Positions 49,981 through 62,389 of a stretch of DNA of 64,000 bases are shown in pieces. Origin of the DNA: Callorhinchus milii (lineage: Eukaryota); assembly GCF_018977255.1 (NCBI RefSeq), contig NW_024704742.1, positions 11,036,001 to 11,100,000 of the forward strand. The letters run 5' to 3'. The translations under genes were made by a program, and so were the position numbers. Below the pieces are notes generated by a model, which did not search any database, had not been told where the DNA came from, and was given only the letters and a program-made list of their open reading frames with translations. Within the stretch, counting starts at the first letter, position 1. Every line of letters begins with the position of its first letter.

Positions 49981-50292
49981 GCTTGGCTCATTTGGTAGCA
50001 CTTGCACTCTGAGTCAGAAGGTTGTGGGTTTCAAGGCCCACGTCAGGACTTTGAACGCACAGGCTGACAATCCAGTTGAGTGCTGGAGGTGTGCTGCATT
50101 GATGTTTGAGGTGCTGTTCTTCAGATGAGATGTAAAACTGAGGTTTCATCTGGCTGTCCAGTTCAATGATAAAGATTATCTATTGTGTTCACTAGTAAAT
50201 TACAGTCATTATGTTTTACTGCATATCCTGTGAAACATGTGAGATATCCTCCCAACATGAAAGGTGCAATATCAAAAACAAAAGTTATTATA
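49981..50292 (+). mobile_element. Old SacSINE1/DeuSINE-like SINE
   Basis: GGCTCATTTGGTAGCACT...CTCTGAGTCAGAAGGTTGTGGGTTTCAAG...GGCTGACAATCCAG...CAGATGAGATGTAAAACTGAGG. Confidence 0.75.
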
Positions 50293-52384
50293 ACCCCAAG
50301 CCTTAAAAAGCAACTGCTTCCAAATTAATATTGAATTCAAGATTTCTTAAGCATAAGAATATGAGAATTGTCAGGCTACATGTGTAGACACTCATACAGA
50401 TCAATTTAACTGAAGAAACACTTATTTGCAAACACCAGTGCCAGAATTTTTGACGTGCAGAAATGAATAGGCTTTTGCTGCAGCTACATTGAACAGTTGG
50501 GGAGGGTTGGTAAAACATGAAGCTCTATAAACATTCCTATTTTCTTTTGTTATTGGTGTATCGTAATAATACACAGTCCATCCACTTTACAGTGTGTTCT
50601 TGAAGCGCTTTGAGAGGTCTTGACAATGTGATAAGGCAGTTCATCAAATGCAAGGATTATTATTATTAAATAGACTCAATGGTCTAAATGATTTCCTCCT
50701 ATTCTGTAATTGTAACACTGTATGATTCTGGATATGTATCTCAGTAAATCTGAATAGACTCCGTTTGATTTTGTGTTTGACTTTTGCACTTCCAGAAGCT
50801 TGTTGGGTTCTTCCTTGTTCCAAATCCCCATATTTCTGTTGAATTGTCAAAGATAATAATAATCCTTGCATTTGAATAGTACGTGTCATGTTTTCTCGAT
50901 GTCTCAAAGCATTTTACAGAATAAATTCCATCATTGCACACAGCAATGTCCCAGTTTTAGCTATGAAGTGAATTTTATTTTACTCTCTGGAGGATTGTTG
51001 GCCAGGATATTGGGAGAAACCCCTTCTCTTTTCAAATAGTGTCTTGAACAGGCATTCAGGACCTCAGTTTACATCTCAGTAATGTAGAATTCCCAAATAT
51101 CTGACCCTGCGGTGAAGTAAGGACCAAGACACAAATTCTTTCAATTAATCAATATTTATTAATGCAAAGTAGCAAGGTTATGCATGTTACAATCAGTTAA
51201 TCAATCAAAAGTTATGTTTATGTATATTTAGTATGTACGATTCACAACAAGTAAAGTTGGCCGGGCCAATGTTGTGGACAAGGGGTGGAGGAAGATTCAA
51301 CTTCTAGTCCTGTTGTTTGACTCGGTTGCAATGGAGTGGTCAATACATATACATGGTGTTACATAACTGGATCATGTTTCTACTTAGGCAGTATAATTCA
51401 TTAGTTGTGGAAAAATAAAATTCCATCATTATGGTCAATCACTATCTGAGAAGATATCAACATTTTAACTGATTTAGATTGAGGGGAAATATTCCAAATT
51501 CATATGAATTGCCCCATTTTTGGATTGCTTCTGGTCATGACTTGGATTTCTGTTTAAACATATTCCAGTTCATTCATAGGAACAGAACCTACATTGACCA
51601 CCAAACATGATGCTCTCTTGAAATATAATGAAGTGAGGTGAAACATGAACGAAGTAATCAAAAGAGAGATGCAATTGAGAGTTGGGAGCTAAAGGAAGCC
51701 ATATTTCTTGCAACAGTATGAGCCAAGGTAGTATGATGAAGTTTTAGTCCCATTAGGTTCCTGAGACTAGATATATCTGTGAGATTTGTCAGAGGAGCAC
51801 TGTGTAAAGAGTACTAATGTGTACTTGAGATCCCTGGTCAATTTGCATTAGTTTGGTCCTATTGAAGGGCCTTGGCAAAGCAGCATAAACAAATGAGTTT
51901 TAACTGAACAAGTCTACTTATGTAGAATACCTAAATTTGCAGAGACACAAGCGCATGCAGATCAGCACTGGTTAAAGCAATTGTTAAAGCACACACTGGA
52001 ATATAAATCCATGTCCACAGCAGATCACGTGATGTCACTAATACATGAGAGCCCTATTATAGCATTACCTCCCACTTTTTTCCACCCTCTCTCCCAGTAT
52101 CGTAGTGCCTTACTTATAGCATAGGCCTAATACATTCACACTGACTAGCTGACTTTCCGTGCTAAAAAATAGTCAATTTTCAGGTTTTCAAATTGTGTGT
52201 TTGGTGCATGTGCCCTGAATATAAATGACGGGGATATAGGATTGAGAGTAATATCTGATTATTGATGACTTCAAGCTTGAAGGTGTTTTAAATTCTGAAG
52301 AGAACAGCACAAAATTGTGATTGCACTTAGGGTGCAAGAATAGTAGTAGCAACATATTTCCTAGGATGGGGGTGATCAGCAAAG

Positions 52385-52540
52385 GCATCTTGTGATCCAA
52401 GTTCATAAATCATTAAAATCTAGTTTGCAGGAACAAAAATAAGGATTAATGGGATGCTGCATTTTGTGAACAGAGACTGAATTATCAAAGAAAGGAATTG
52501 CTAATCCAGTTACATAAAATGCTGGTCAGACCTCATTTAT
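52385..52540 (+). mobile_element. CR1 ORF2 fragment
   Basis: VHKSLK ... NGML ... LLIQLHKMLVRPHL matches the CR1 LVRPHLEY region. Confidence 0.7.
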
Positions 52541-53819
52541 ATTCATTATAATTGCATTTGATATAGCGCCTTATGTTGTAAAGACTTTACAAAGCGCTTT
52601 ACAGGATGGTAATATGACTGTGTATTTGTAGGCAAATATGGCCTACAATATTAATATTCATCTGAAAAGGAAGACGTGTCCTCAGTTGAACATCTCATCC
52701 GAAGGATGTGTTGTAATGCTGGGGAGAATGTTATATTTCAAAATTTCGTAACTTATCGTAGAGTAGATTTGAAAAGCCTAAAAATTATTCCAGTGTTCAA
52801 AGGGTTAATTAATTCTGTTCTTTCTGTATAAAGATTGTTTATTCAAGTAATTGACAGATTTTTTTTATTGCAGATCATTTCCTTATGTTTATTTCTGCAG
52901 CTGCTTTCACTTCATTTCACGTTTGCAAACGAAATGCATGTAATGCAATAAACTGACCTGTAAATGGGCCACTAGTATTAGCATTCACATGCCATATTCT
53001 CTTTCAGCCCTGAAGAATGTGGAGAATATGTAATACCTTTGAAAATAATTCTTGTCACCTGTAAAATAGTGAAAGATAAATATGGTGGCAGTCTAATTGT
53101 ATGATTTAAATTATTTTACTTGATCGCTGACCCTGGTGGGTATTTTATGCAGTAATTGAATATTCTGTATCCTTAATTGGAAATATTATTAAGAGGATTA
53201 ATGGCATCATTTTGAGCTTACAATAAAAAGTAAAATGCTTTCCTATCATCTCTAGTTTTTAACCTTTTAAAACCACATCTGCCTTGCACTATTTCCGCTG
53301 ATCTGAATTCCAGTCTAATGGTTGCAAGCAGTTTCTCTTTGAAAGTGCTTGGCCCTGATTCAATAGCTTGCCTGCCAAATCAGTGTTGTCTGTCACCAGC
53401 TACCCAGACTGTTACACGCATTGGCAGCCTGAGATCAGGTTAGCAGTCAGTAAACCCATCTTTTAGCTACAAAAATGTGCAAAGCAAGATGGGAAATAAA
53501 CAAATCAATGGCACATCTTCCTTTACAGTTCAGCTCGTGAGATTAAAGACTGAGAGTTTTAATATAAAAAGGATGTAAAGATCTGGCTTGTTGTTCACTG
53601 CACGCATGGAATTGTCAGTGCCGATGAGTTTAGGTTGTTCTAATGATTTGCATGAATCTTGGAGAAGCATGTTCACCATAAAGGGCAAGGAGTGTTGCAT
53701 TGAGGAAATCGTAAACCACGTACTTTACACCACGCCAAGCAATTATAGCTTTACTTGAGGGAGTACAGTTTGGAACCAAACCAAATATACCAAGGGTCAA
53801 CTGAAGTTTGGCTCAAATA

Positions 53820-54110
53820 CAGCAAAGGCCAGACGGGGTCTGAACCCAACAGCAGCCGCTCCGGCACAAGTCACTCAGGCGCACCTAATGGGAAATAAAC
53901 TTAAGGTTACAGAAGGACGCTCGAGATGTAACCAAAGAGCATCCCGAAAATACGGTGCACATTGGGCTGCCTTTCGAAAGTGGCAAGTGCACCTTATTAG
54001 GGTGTGTGCGGGCGCGCACGTGGATTTAGTGCACACAGCAGCGACACTCGATTGTTTTGAAGGGAGCGTCCCACAAAAAATGTGTGCACAACCTATATGC
54101 GGTGAAGGAA
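53820..54110. promoter_or_regulatory. CpG-retaining candidate cis-regulatory element
   Basis: About 17 CpG in ~290 bp (hand count) in an otherwise CpG-poor window; CArG box CCTTATTAGG 53992-54001; E-box CACGTG ~54017-54022; matches no repeat in the window. Confidence 0.4.
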
Positions 54111-54580
54111 TGTAATGTAAAGAACGGAATGTTTTTTGTATCGGTACAAAGAGAAAAATGGAAGAGAAGATATTGGACCTTGTGCTTGTTTTGGGCTTCT
54201 GTTGTACCAAATATATTTATAAACAAATATGTTTTCAAAAAAAGTACAGTTTGGAACTGTTTTTCTTGAGTGATAGATAGAGTAGTTAAGTTTATACAAT
54301 ATACCCACATGCAGATCCCTTATTGGTGAAGCCATTGCGGAGAGTGGGACCCGAAATGCATTGCTGTTTCAGAGAGTTACCATAAGCATGATAGGTCAAA
54401 AGACTGCGTCCTGCACTGTACATTTCTATGGAATGTGGCTGATATCAATAACGAAGTGAGGGAGGGTTGTGGGAGCGGTGTGGATGATCCAAATTCTTTC
54501 CATGATAATTTCCACCATTAGTATTTTCTTGCCAGCAGATCATTTCAGGCGTCAACTCTGTGATGTTGTATTGAGAGGTA

Positions 54581-54953
54581 TAATAATAATAAAACCCTTG
54601 CATTTCATAAAGTGCCTTATCATGTCTTTGAAACATCTCAAAGCACTTCACAGAATATACTGTAAAGTGAATTGACTGTATATTTTGTGGCCAAAATGCG
54701 GCAGCCAATTGTGCACAGCAGTGTTAAACAGTCGTGGATTGAGTGACCAAATTATTTTTTTCCCTTTTTGAAGGAATTATTCCCCCTGGAAAAACGATCC
54801 ACAAATTGATTAACTACCGGGTTCCTACTTACTGTTAGGTAAACAGAAGTGTGTGAAGTAAGCAAACTTGCCCAACGTTTCACCCTGCCAGGAATCAAAC
54901 TCGGGTCCCTCGCTTGCAAGGCGAATGCTCTAACCACTGAGCTACAGGACTCC
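54581..54953 (-). mobile_element. tRNA-derived SINE, long subfamily, full length
   Basis: Complete head to tail on the reverse strand. Confidence 0.92.
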
Positions 54954-56296
54954 ACAACTCTATAATCATAGGATCATAGAAATATATAGCATAGAAGGAG
55001 GACATTTGACCCATTGAGTCTGCACAAGATGTTCATTCAATCTCACTGCCCTGCTTATCCTCTTCAAGCTTTAAACTTTAATTTTCATATATTGTACAAG
55101 TTTTCGGAACAGATAACATTTTAGCTGACTCCCCTTAGGTATGAGGCAGCAAGAAGAGCAATGGTGCAGGAGGTAAAAGCATCAATACTAAAGCTATAGG
55201 CCCCTCTATTACTCCTGCTATTTGTGACACCTTAATGCGTGTTTGGTATGGCAGAACAAAATGCAGTCACACCACACGATCTGTTCAAACCTAGAGCATA
55301 TAAAGGTACAGCATTTGAATTTGCCAGAAAATTGCACTCAAACTTGTATGTAATTTGAATGGCAGCAAAGAGACTTTAGTGCAAACTGCCTTTAGAGTTA
55401 ATTCTCCATCTTAACTGTGCACATCTCAGAGAACATGTTAATTTTGTACACAGCATAGAAAAGTAGTCTTTATTCTGTTGCGAGCTCCTTGACATTTGCA
55501 CAGTAAAAATTCTGCATTCATTACGTTTTGGCAGCAGATCTGCATCGGAAACGCTTAGTGTTTCAAGATTGCTGTTACTGAAGGATGAATTAACATACCC
55601 AGTTTTTTTTTCCAGAATTATCCTTTCCCATCTGTCTAAATTTTCTTCAGTCCATTCACAAATCTGCACATACCCATGGTCTTCAGATTATATTTTAAAA
55701 ATCCCTGGAATTCCAATTTACCAGTTACATAAATCTTGACCTGAAAAGAGCATTCTGTGTTGCATAGTTGATGTGAGATGCAGGAAGGCAAACTGACTGA
55801 AGTGTGCCTTATCCATATGTGTATCAAATGGGAAACTGTGTTGTCTGCAGACTGCCTGACTCACAGACAGACAGAGTAAGGTTGACATTCCCCACTTCCT
55901 TGCTGGAGGTTTAGAACGGTTAAACAGAAAATGTTGATAATAATGAGCATGTTGGAAAAATCTTTGTAAATGTTGATGGATTTCTTTAAAGAGGAAATAA
56001 ACTCTATTTTAAAGATCAAACATTTGTAAAAAAATAAATCGTGTTTTGCTGCAGTGGGATAGAGCGCAGTGCTTTCATGTCTTGGAGTTTGCTTTTGGGA
56101 CAGCTGTGAAGCTCCTCTGTGACATTAGTTTGAACTGAGCCATGGTTTAGGCATGTTGTGGTATTGAGAAGAATGCGACTCCAGTGGAGGAATAGTCTGT
56201 GATGCAGAGATTGCCACCATTCACCACTGACTTAGTAAACTGTAAGTTTCCTCCTGGCTTAAGGTGCAAGCATATATGGGAACATAATCACATCAG

Positions 56297-56640
56297 CAAC
56301 TTGCATTTTATATAGCGTCCTTCATGCAGGGTAGCGTCCCGGAACGCTTGACAATGGCAGAGTCTGACTCCGAGCCAGGGTGAGAGGGAAAGGGGAGCTG
56401 ACCGTAAGCATGATCAAAAAGGAAGGTCCTTAGGCGGGATTTGAAAGTGAAGAGAGAAGGGGCAAGGCAGAGGGATTGATGGAGAGAGTTCCAGAGTCTC
56501 GAGGAGTAGTGGCTGAAAGCATGGCCACCGATGGTGAAGTGTAAGAGGCGAGGGACGAACTGGAGGCTGTAGCTGGCTGAGCGGAGGCAGCAAGTGGTGG
56601 AGTGGGGGGTAAGCAAATCGGATAGGTAGGAAGGTGCCAC
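56297..56640 (-). mobile_element. L2 LINE 3' end
   Basis: APSYLSDLL...TIGGHAFSHYSSRLWNSL...FKSRLRTFLF and tail. Confidence 0.88.
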
Positions 56641-57045
56641 CATTGTATGGTGCATGGGGGGAACCCAGCTGGAATTCGTAATGAATAGGGCTTGTGGCTT
56701 GGATCATCGATGATTGTCAGGAGGCTTCACTCTCAACTTGTATTCTCACCTTTCCTTAGTTATTTAGTTGTGGATTTTAAGGGCTCTGTGTGTGTGCAGC
56801 TTCCTGTGTGTGCACAGGCCTTGTGACACCATGGAAAGCATCAACTATTAGCCATTGGGATTGCCAGTGAATGCACGTGAAAGAACTATTGACAAATCAG
56901 ATTCCCAACACTAGCTGCTTGAACAAGGCATTTTTATTTTGGTTGTGGTCGGTCGAGTTACTGTGGCCATCAGTAGTGGTGTAGGAACTGAACCAGTGGT
57001 GCTGATGTACTCATTGTACTTAATCAGACCGAATACACTCTGGTC

Positions 57046-57477
57046 GATCCTCACCCTCACCTACAAGGCCATTCACGGCCTTGCTCCCTCCTACCTCTCC
57101 GACCTACTATCCCCCTACCTACCCGCCCGTACCCTCCGTTCCTCTGGCTCCGGTCTGCTCCACATCCCCCGCCTCAACCGCCCTACTATTGGTGGCCGGG
57201 CCTTCAGCCTCTCAGCCCCTAGGCTCTGGAACTCCATCCCCCAGTGCCTTCGCCGCCTCCTCCCTTTCCTCCTTCAAGGCCGGTCTCAAGATCTTTCTCT
57301 TTGACGGTGCCTTCAGCTCCCCTCTCGACTCTCTACCCCCTCCTCGCTCCCTCCCTTCCCTCCCCTCACCCTGACCATTTCCCCCCTACTCGGGTCCTGA
57401 CCCAACTGTACAGTGCCTTGGGACGTCCTCCCGACGTGAAAGGCGCTCAATAAATGGAATCTTGTTGTTGTTGTTGT
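57046..57477 (+). mobile_element. Young L2 LINE, 5'-truncated 3' end
   Basis: ILTLTYKAIHGLAPSYLSDLL...GGRAFSLSAPRLWNSIP; same subfamily as 18629-19162; (TTG)n tail. Confidence 0.93.
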
Positions 57478-58189
57478 TTGTTTACATTGCAGTTTCATTG
57501 TGTAGCTGACCTGCTCGTTCTCCCCACTCTGACAAGCTCTCCTGCATTTTGGTTGTTAGCTCACCAACAACCTCACTTTCTGCTTTAAGTAACTCAGATG
57601 GTGACCTGATGACCCAGAAGTCAGACATTTTCATTTTTGCAGTGGGGGGCAGGTCAGCTGTGCACAGTTAAACAATTGTATCCTGCTGTAAATTTCATTG
57701 ATTCCAACAACTGGATTATAATAAGACTCCACTAGATTTGGCAACTTAGTTCAGCTGCTCCGACCCCACTCCTTTGCTTGCCTCATGCTCAGCTAATACA
57801 AGTCCACTACGCAGGGCCTATCCTTCAGCCTCAACACCAGGAACCTCTGGAACTCCCTGTCTCAATCACTTTAAACAACAACAACATTTACATCTGTGCC
57901 TACAGCCACCTCCCCCTTCTCCTGTTCGCTTGCTGGGTGTTCAACCTGACTAGCATACAGCACTTCAAGATGATTGCTATATAAATGCAAGTTATTATTG
58001 TTAGTTCCTACAATGGACATCAGCCCAGAGGAGCTCAACAATGTGTCACACTACTTTTGCAATCATTGGAGAGTCCAATAAAACTGCTGGTGTGGAAAAT
58101 GGAAACAAAATTGCCCTTTTCTATAGGGAGCACTCTTTTGAAATTGAGAGTTCAGGTGGATTGCTGGGGCACAGTGGAGGGACCATCGT

Positions 58190-58527
58190 GGAGTCCTGTA
58201 GCTTAGTAGTTAGAGCGCTCGTCTCGCAAGCAAGAGACCTGGGTTCGATTCCCAGCAGGGCAAAACGTTAGGCAAGTTTCCTTACTCCACATGCCTCTGT
58301 TTACCTAGCAGTAAGTAGGAACCCAGTTGTTAGTCGATTGGCGGATCGCTTTTCCGGGGGTAATAATTGCTTCAAAAAAAAAAAAAAAAATTTAATCACT
58401 TCAATCCACGACTGTTTGTGGGACACTGCTGTGTGCAATTGACTGCCGCACTTGAAGTGCTCCGTAAGTGCTCTGTGGCCCTGCGCTGCGTGAAGGGCGC
58501 TGTATAAATGCAAGTCGTCATTGTTGT
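58190..58527 (+). mobile_element. SINE (long subfamily) joined to an L2-type tail
   Basis: SINE sequence to ~58450, then GTGAAGGGCGCTGTATAAATGCAAGTCGTCATTGTTGT instead of the (TTA)n tail. Confidence 0.85.
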
Positions 58528-58940
58528 AAAAGATACGCACACATCTAAAATAAAGTAGAACATTTCAATTGTTCACTTCCAGACGCAATCCTCTGTAACA
58601 TTCTAAATCTTGTATTACGGTAGTGTTGAGATGTGACATTTTTTCCCAATCAAGCAATGTGGTGCCTATTCTACAGACAAGAAACAACTTATACATTTAC
58701 TTAAATTTCCATTCTGATTCCCTCCACATGAAACTTTTTTATTGCATACATAAAGCAGTCGATTTTTACGTCAATATTTTTGCTTTTCGTGCTTGATTTG
58801 TATCTCCAAGCATCAAACAAGCTTTATTATTTTCTTATTTTCACTAAATTTTGAGTATATGTCCAATTGTTTTGTTTTCTAACATTCTTCTTCCTGCCCC
58901 CTGTTTATTTTCTCTCTTTAATATCAGCTGGAGAATATGT

Positions 58941-59269
58941 GGACTCCTGTAGCTCAGTGGTTAGAGCACTCGCTTTGCAAGTGAGAGACCTGAGTTCAAT
59001 TCCAGGCAGAGGGCGAAACCTTGGGCAGGTTTCCTTACTCCACACAGAGCCTAATAATAATCCCTCCAAAACCAAAACCAATAATAAATTGGTCTTTTTC
59101 AATCTACGTCTGTTTGTGGGACATTGCTGTGCGCAATTGGCTGCCGCGTTCGCCCACAAATATACAGTCAATTCACTTTACAGTGTGTTCTGTGAAGCGC
59201 TTTGGGACATCGAGAAGACGTGAAAAGCGCTATATCAAATGCAAGGATTATTATTGTTATTATTATTAT
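58941..59269 (+). mobile_element. tRNA-Ala-derived SINE, full length, young short subfamily
   Basis: Near-identical to 2995-3321 (reverse) and 30576-30890. Confidence 0.93.
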
Positions 59270-59520
59270 TTCACCAAATGTTGTTCAATTCAAGCATTGT
59301 TGGCCAATTCAGGCATTGTTGTATTATTTTGGTCATTCATTTTATGACTGTTTGTTGGATATTGCTATGCTCAAATTGGCTGCTGTGTTTGCAAAATACA
59401 CAGTCACTGCACTCTACAGTATATTCTTTAAAGCACACTGGATTGTCCGCTATACAAATATAATTTTGTTGTTGTTGTTCCCCTCTGGACAGGAAAGGTC
59501 CTGCATCCCATGTAATTGGA

Positions 59521-59960
59521 TAATCTTGAGAGAATGAACTATTCTGCAACCTTCATTCAAATCATTGGTAGACTAGACTAAAGGGAATAAGCTACAAGTC
59601 TAGTGCAAGAAAAGCATGGTGTGGTTTATGCATTGCAATTGCCAAACCACAAGTACTATTATTATTTTATTACCTGTTCAAAAAGCCCTACCTGATGACG
59701 AGCAAAATCTTGGTTCAAAGTAACTTCAAAGGAACATTTTTGATTTTTGAATCTCCCCCAGATCCTTAATATTAGTCCTCCTTTGCATTTAACTCAGTCT
59801 TATCACAAGTATGAAGACCCGGGACATCCCCACATCAGATAACTGTGGTTCACAAACCACAACATGCTTTTCTCGCGCCGGACTTGTAACTTCTTCCTTT
59901 TAGCCTAGTTTACCAATGATTTGAATGAAGGTTACAGAATAGTTCATTGTCTCAAGATTA
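59521..59960. repeat. Long inverted-repeat element (110-bp arms, 220-bp spacer)
   Basis: 59521-59630 aligns without gaps to the reverse complement of 59851-59960, with 13 mismatches by hand count. Confidence 0.9.
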
Positions 59961-60015
59961 CCTGATTCAAGTGCTCCTCTGTGTTGGAGCTTTCATTGGT
60001 TCATTACCCCACATT

Positions 60016-60690
60016 GAAACCTTCGAGGCCCTCCATGGCCTTGCACCTTCCTACCTCTGTGACTTGCTAACCCCTGATCAACCTGCCTGCTCTCTCCACT
60101 CAGCAGGCTCTGGCCTGCTCCAAGTCCCCCGCCCAGCCCACACTACCATCGGCGGTCAGGCCTTCTACTTCTCTGCCCCCACACTTTGGAACTCCGTCCC
60201 ACATTCCCTTGCCTCACTCCCTCCCTTGCCTCCTTCAAGGCACGTCTCAAAACCCTCTTCTTCAAGGAGGTCACCCTCCTGCCCTCCACATCACCTGATC
60301 CCTCCATGATCTTGCTCCCCGCTACCTCTCCAAACTCCTAAGCCCATATCAGCCTGTCCACTCCCTTCGCTCGGCGGACACCAGCCTGCTTCAGGTCCCT
60401 CACACTTTCTGCCCCACCATTGGTGGTCAGGCATTCAGAATCTCTGCCCCCACACTCTGGAACTCTATCCCGCAATTCCTCTACCTCACTTCTCTCTTGC
60501 CTTCTTCAAGTCCCATCTAAAGTCCTTCCTCTTCACTTGTGCCTTCAGCCACCCTCCCACCCCTACCACCCTGCCCACCACCCCTCCTGAGCCCAACACT
60601 CAGCTTGGGTCCAAAAACCCCTGTCTGTCCAGTGTCTTGGGACGTCTTTCCGATGTGAAGGGTGCTTTACAAGTAATTTGTTATTGTTGT
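60016..60690 (+). mobile_element. Two tandem L2 3' fragments
   Basis: ALHGLAPSYLCDLL...TIGGQAFYFSAPTLWNS (60016-60270), then a diverged second copy from ~60300 ending in the L2 tail. Confidence 0.88.
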
Positions 60691-61390
60691 GGAGACAAAT
60701 TAACTAGTCATCAAAAGACCCAATGCCCACGTCTTGTTGGAGCCCAGTGATACAACAGACCAAGCGTGATCTCGAGAACACAGCCACAACACAGCCCCTT
60801 CCATTAAAGCAGGCTGTTTGCACGTTGCCTTTGATGTTGAACTACCTGCGTTGCAGACAGCAGTGTTCCCAAGACATTCTGCCCATGAAGTGAACTGCAC
60901 CAGGAAACGTCAACAAAAGAATGGCTCTGATCAAGGGGCTGCACTTGAAGCTCTCCACTTTGCGGCTCTTTTTCTGAAGGATTAAGCAAGCCTTGACTAT
61001 CTTAGGACACAGGAAGGCTTTTATTTTATTGACGGTAAGGAATAAAACATCAGTACTACTTACACTTGCTAAACTTAACTCAGTCACATTGCTTCAAAAG
61101 ATAATTAATTCCAATGTGATAGAGACATTTTCTATGGCTTAATAGTTGTCTAAATATTTATTTGAATACTGAGTGTTACTACATCCTGGCTCTTCAACCT
61201 ATTAAACAAAATTTCCAGATAGGCAGCATTATTCCAATCCGTGATTCCTATTGGTAATCATTGAATCCTATTGGTAATTATGTCTGTTTGCAAGTTGATG
61301 GTTCAGAGGTTTTAGGAGATAATCTATCATCATTGTGGGAGCAACATCACCATAAAAAATGCAGCAAACACACAATGTGTATTGTGTGTC

Positions 61391-61640
61391 TTGGGACACG
61401 CGCCTTGGGACAGCGCCTTGGGACGTCCTCCCAACGTGAAAGGCGCTGTATAAATGGAATCTTGTTGTTGTATTTATATAGCACCCTTCACACCTTGGAT
61501 AACATCACGGAGTGCTTCACAGTTTTGGGGTTGGATGTTGAGCTAAGGGGATGGACAGAGGGAGGTGACCATAGGTCAAAGGGGTAGCTTTTAAAATGGG
61601 ATATAAAGTGGATAGAGCGAAGGGGGAGACTGAGGGACAG
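61391..61640. mobile_element. Tail-to-tail L2 3' ends
   Basis: Plus GCGCCTTGGGACGTCCTCCCAACGTGAAAGGCGC...TTGTTGTTG abuts minus-strand ATTTATATAGCACCCTTCAC. Confidence 0.75.
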
Positions 61641-62174
61641 AGGCAGCGACTACAGTGGTTTAAAGAAATCTCTCGGGGTCATTAAGGGATGAGAAATAAT
61701 CGTGGGGTGGCCACATCCTATGAAAGAGTTAAAAGACCAAACATGTGAATCGTTCTGGATTTTATACAAAAATAGGATACTTTTTTCCAAAGGAAATTGG
61801 AAGTTTACTTTAACCTGACATGAATTATGACCCGACTAGAACTGCACTCCCCGGTTTCCCACCGCAACAATCAATTCTCAGAGCTTCTTGTTATGAAGCA
61901 ATTGGATGTTATAGCTGGGGTGATAACACCTGCTGTGTAAATCCATTCAAGTAGCAGGACTTTGCAACATCAACGCAACAGGATTATTTTAGTTTAATTT
62001 TGGTCATATTTTATTCCAGACTAGCAATGAGAATGGTACCCCATGTGCACTATGTTTGCCTGCACGCAGAGACATGAAAGTCAAGCAGGCACAAAATCAT
62101 CATTTTTCAAGTGTCTGTCGTCAACTAGTCTCTACGCAGCAATTTTCTGCCAACTTGACTCAGCTGACTGAACT

Positions 62175-62189
62175 TCAGTAGGTGGCAGC
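62175..62189 (+). promoter_or_regulatory. Candidate CTCF site
   Basis: TCAGTAGGTGGCAGC versus core consensus CCASYAGRKGGCRSY, one mismatch; motif evidence only. Confidence 0.35.
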
Positions 62190-62389
62190 TGCACCTTTGG
62201 TGTTCAAAATCATGAAAGAGATTCGTGTGTCTCACGCTAACTCCTAACTGCTTCCGAGGTGTTTGGCAATTCTGAGTTAAAGTATCCCAAAGATCGAAAT
62301 AAGCCGTATCATTACAAACAAAATGTAATTAAATGGTTATGATGATGGCGTTAAAGCTTAGACCGTGAGACTGAAATTGCTTGTTGTTG

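Noticed and set aside
54105-54135. Partial resemblance to miR-1 (also a miR-29-like seed at ~7855)
   Set aside because: The match is short and I see no precursor hairpin.
61241-61280. 20-bp tandem duplication containing ATTGG twice
   Set aside because: Only two units, with no spacers or promoter context; an ordinary slippage duplication, not an array.
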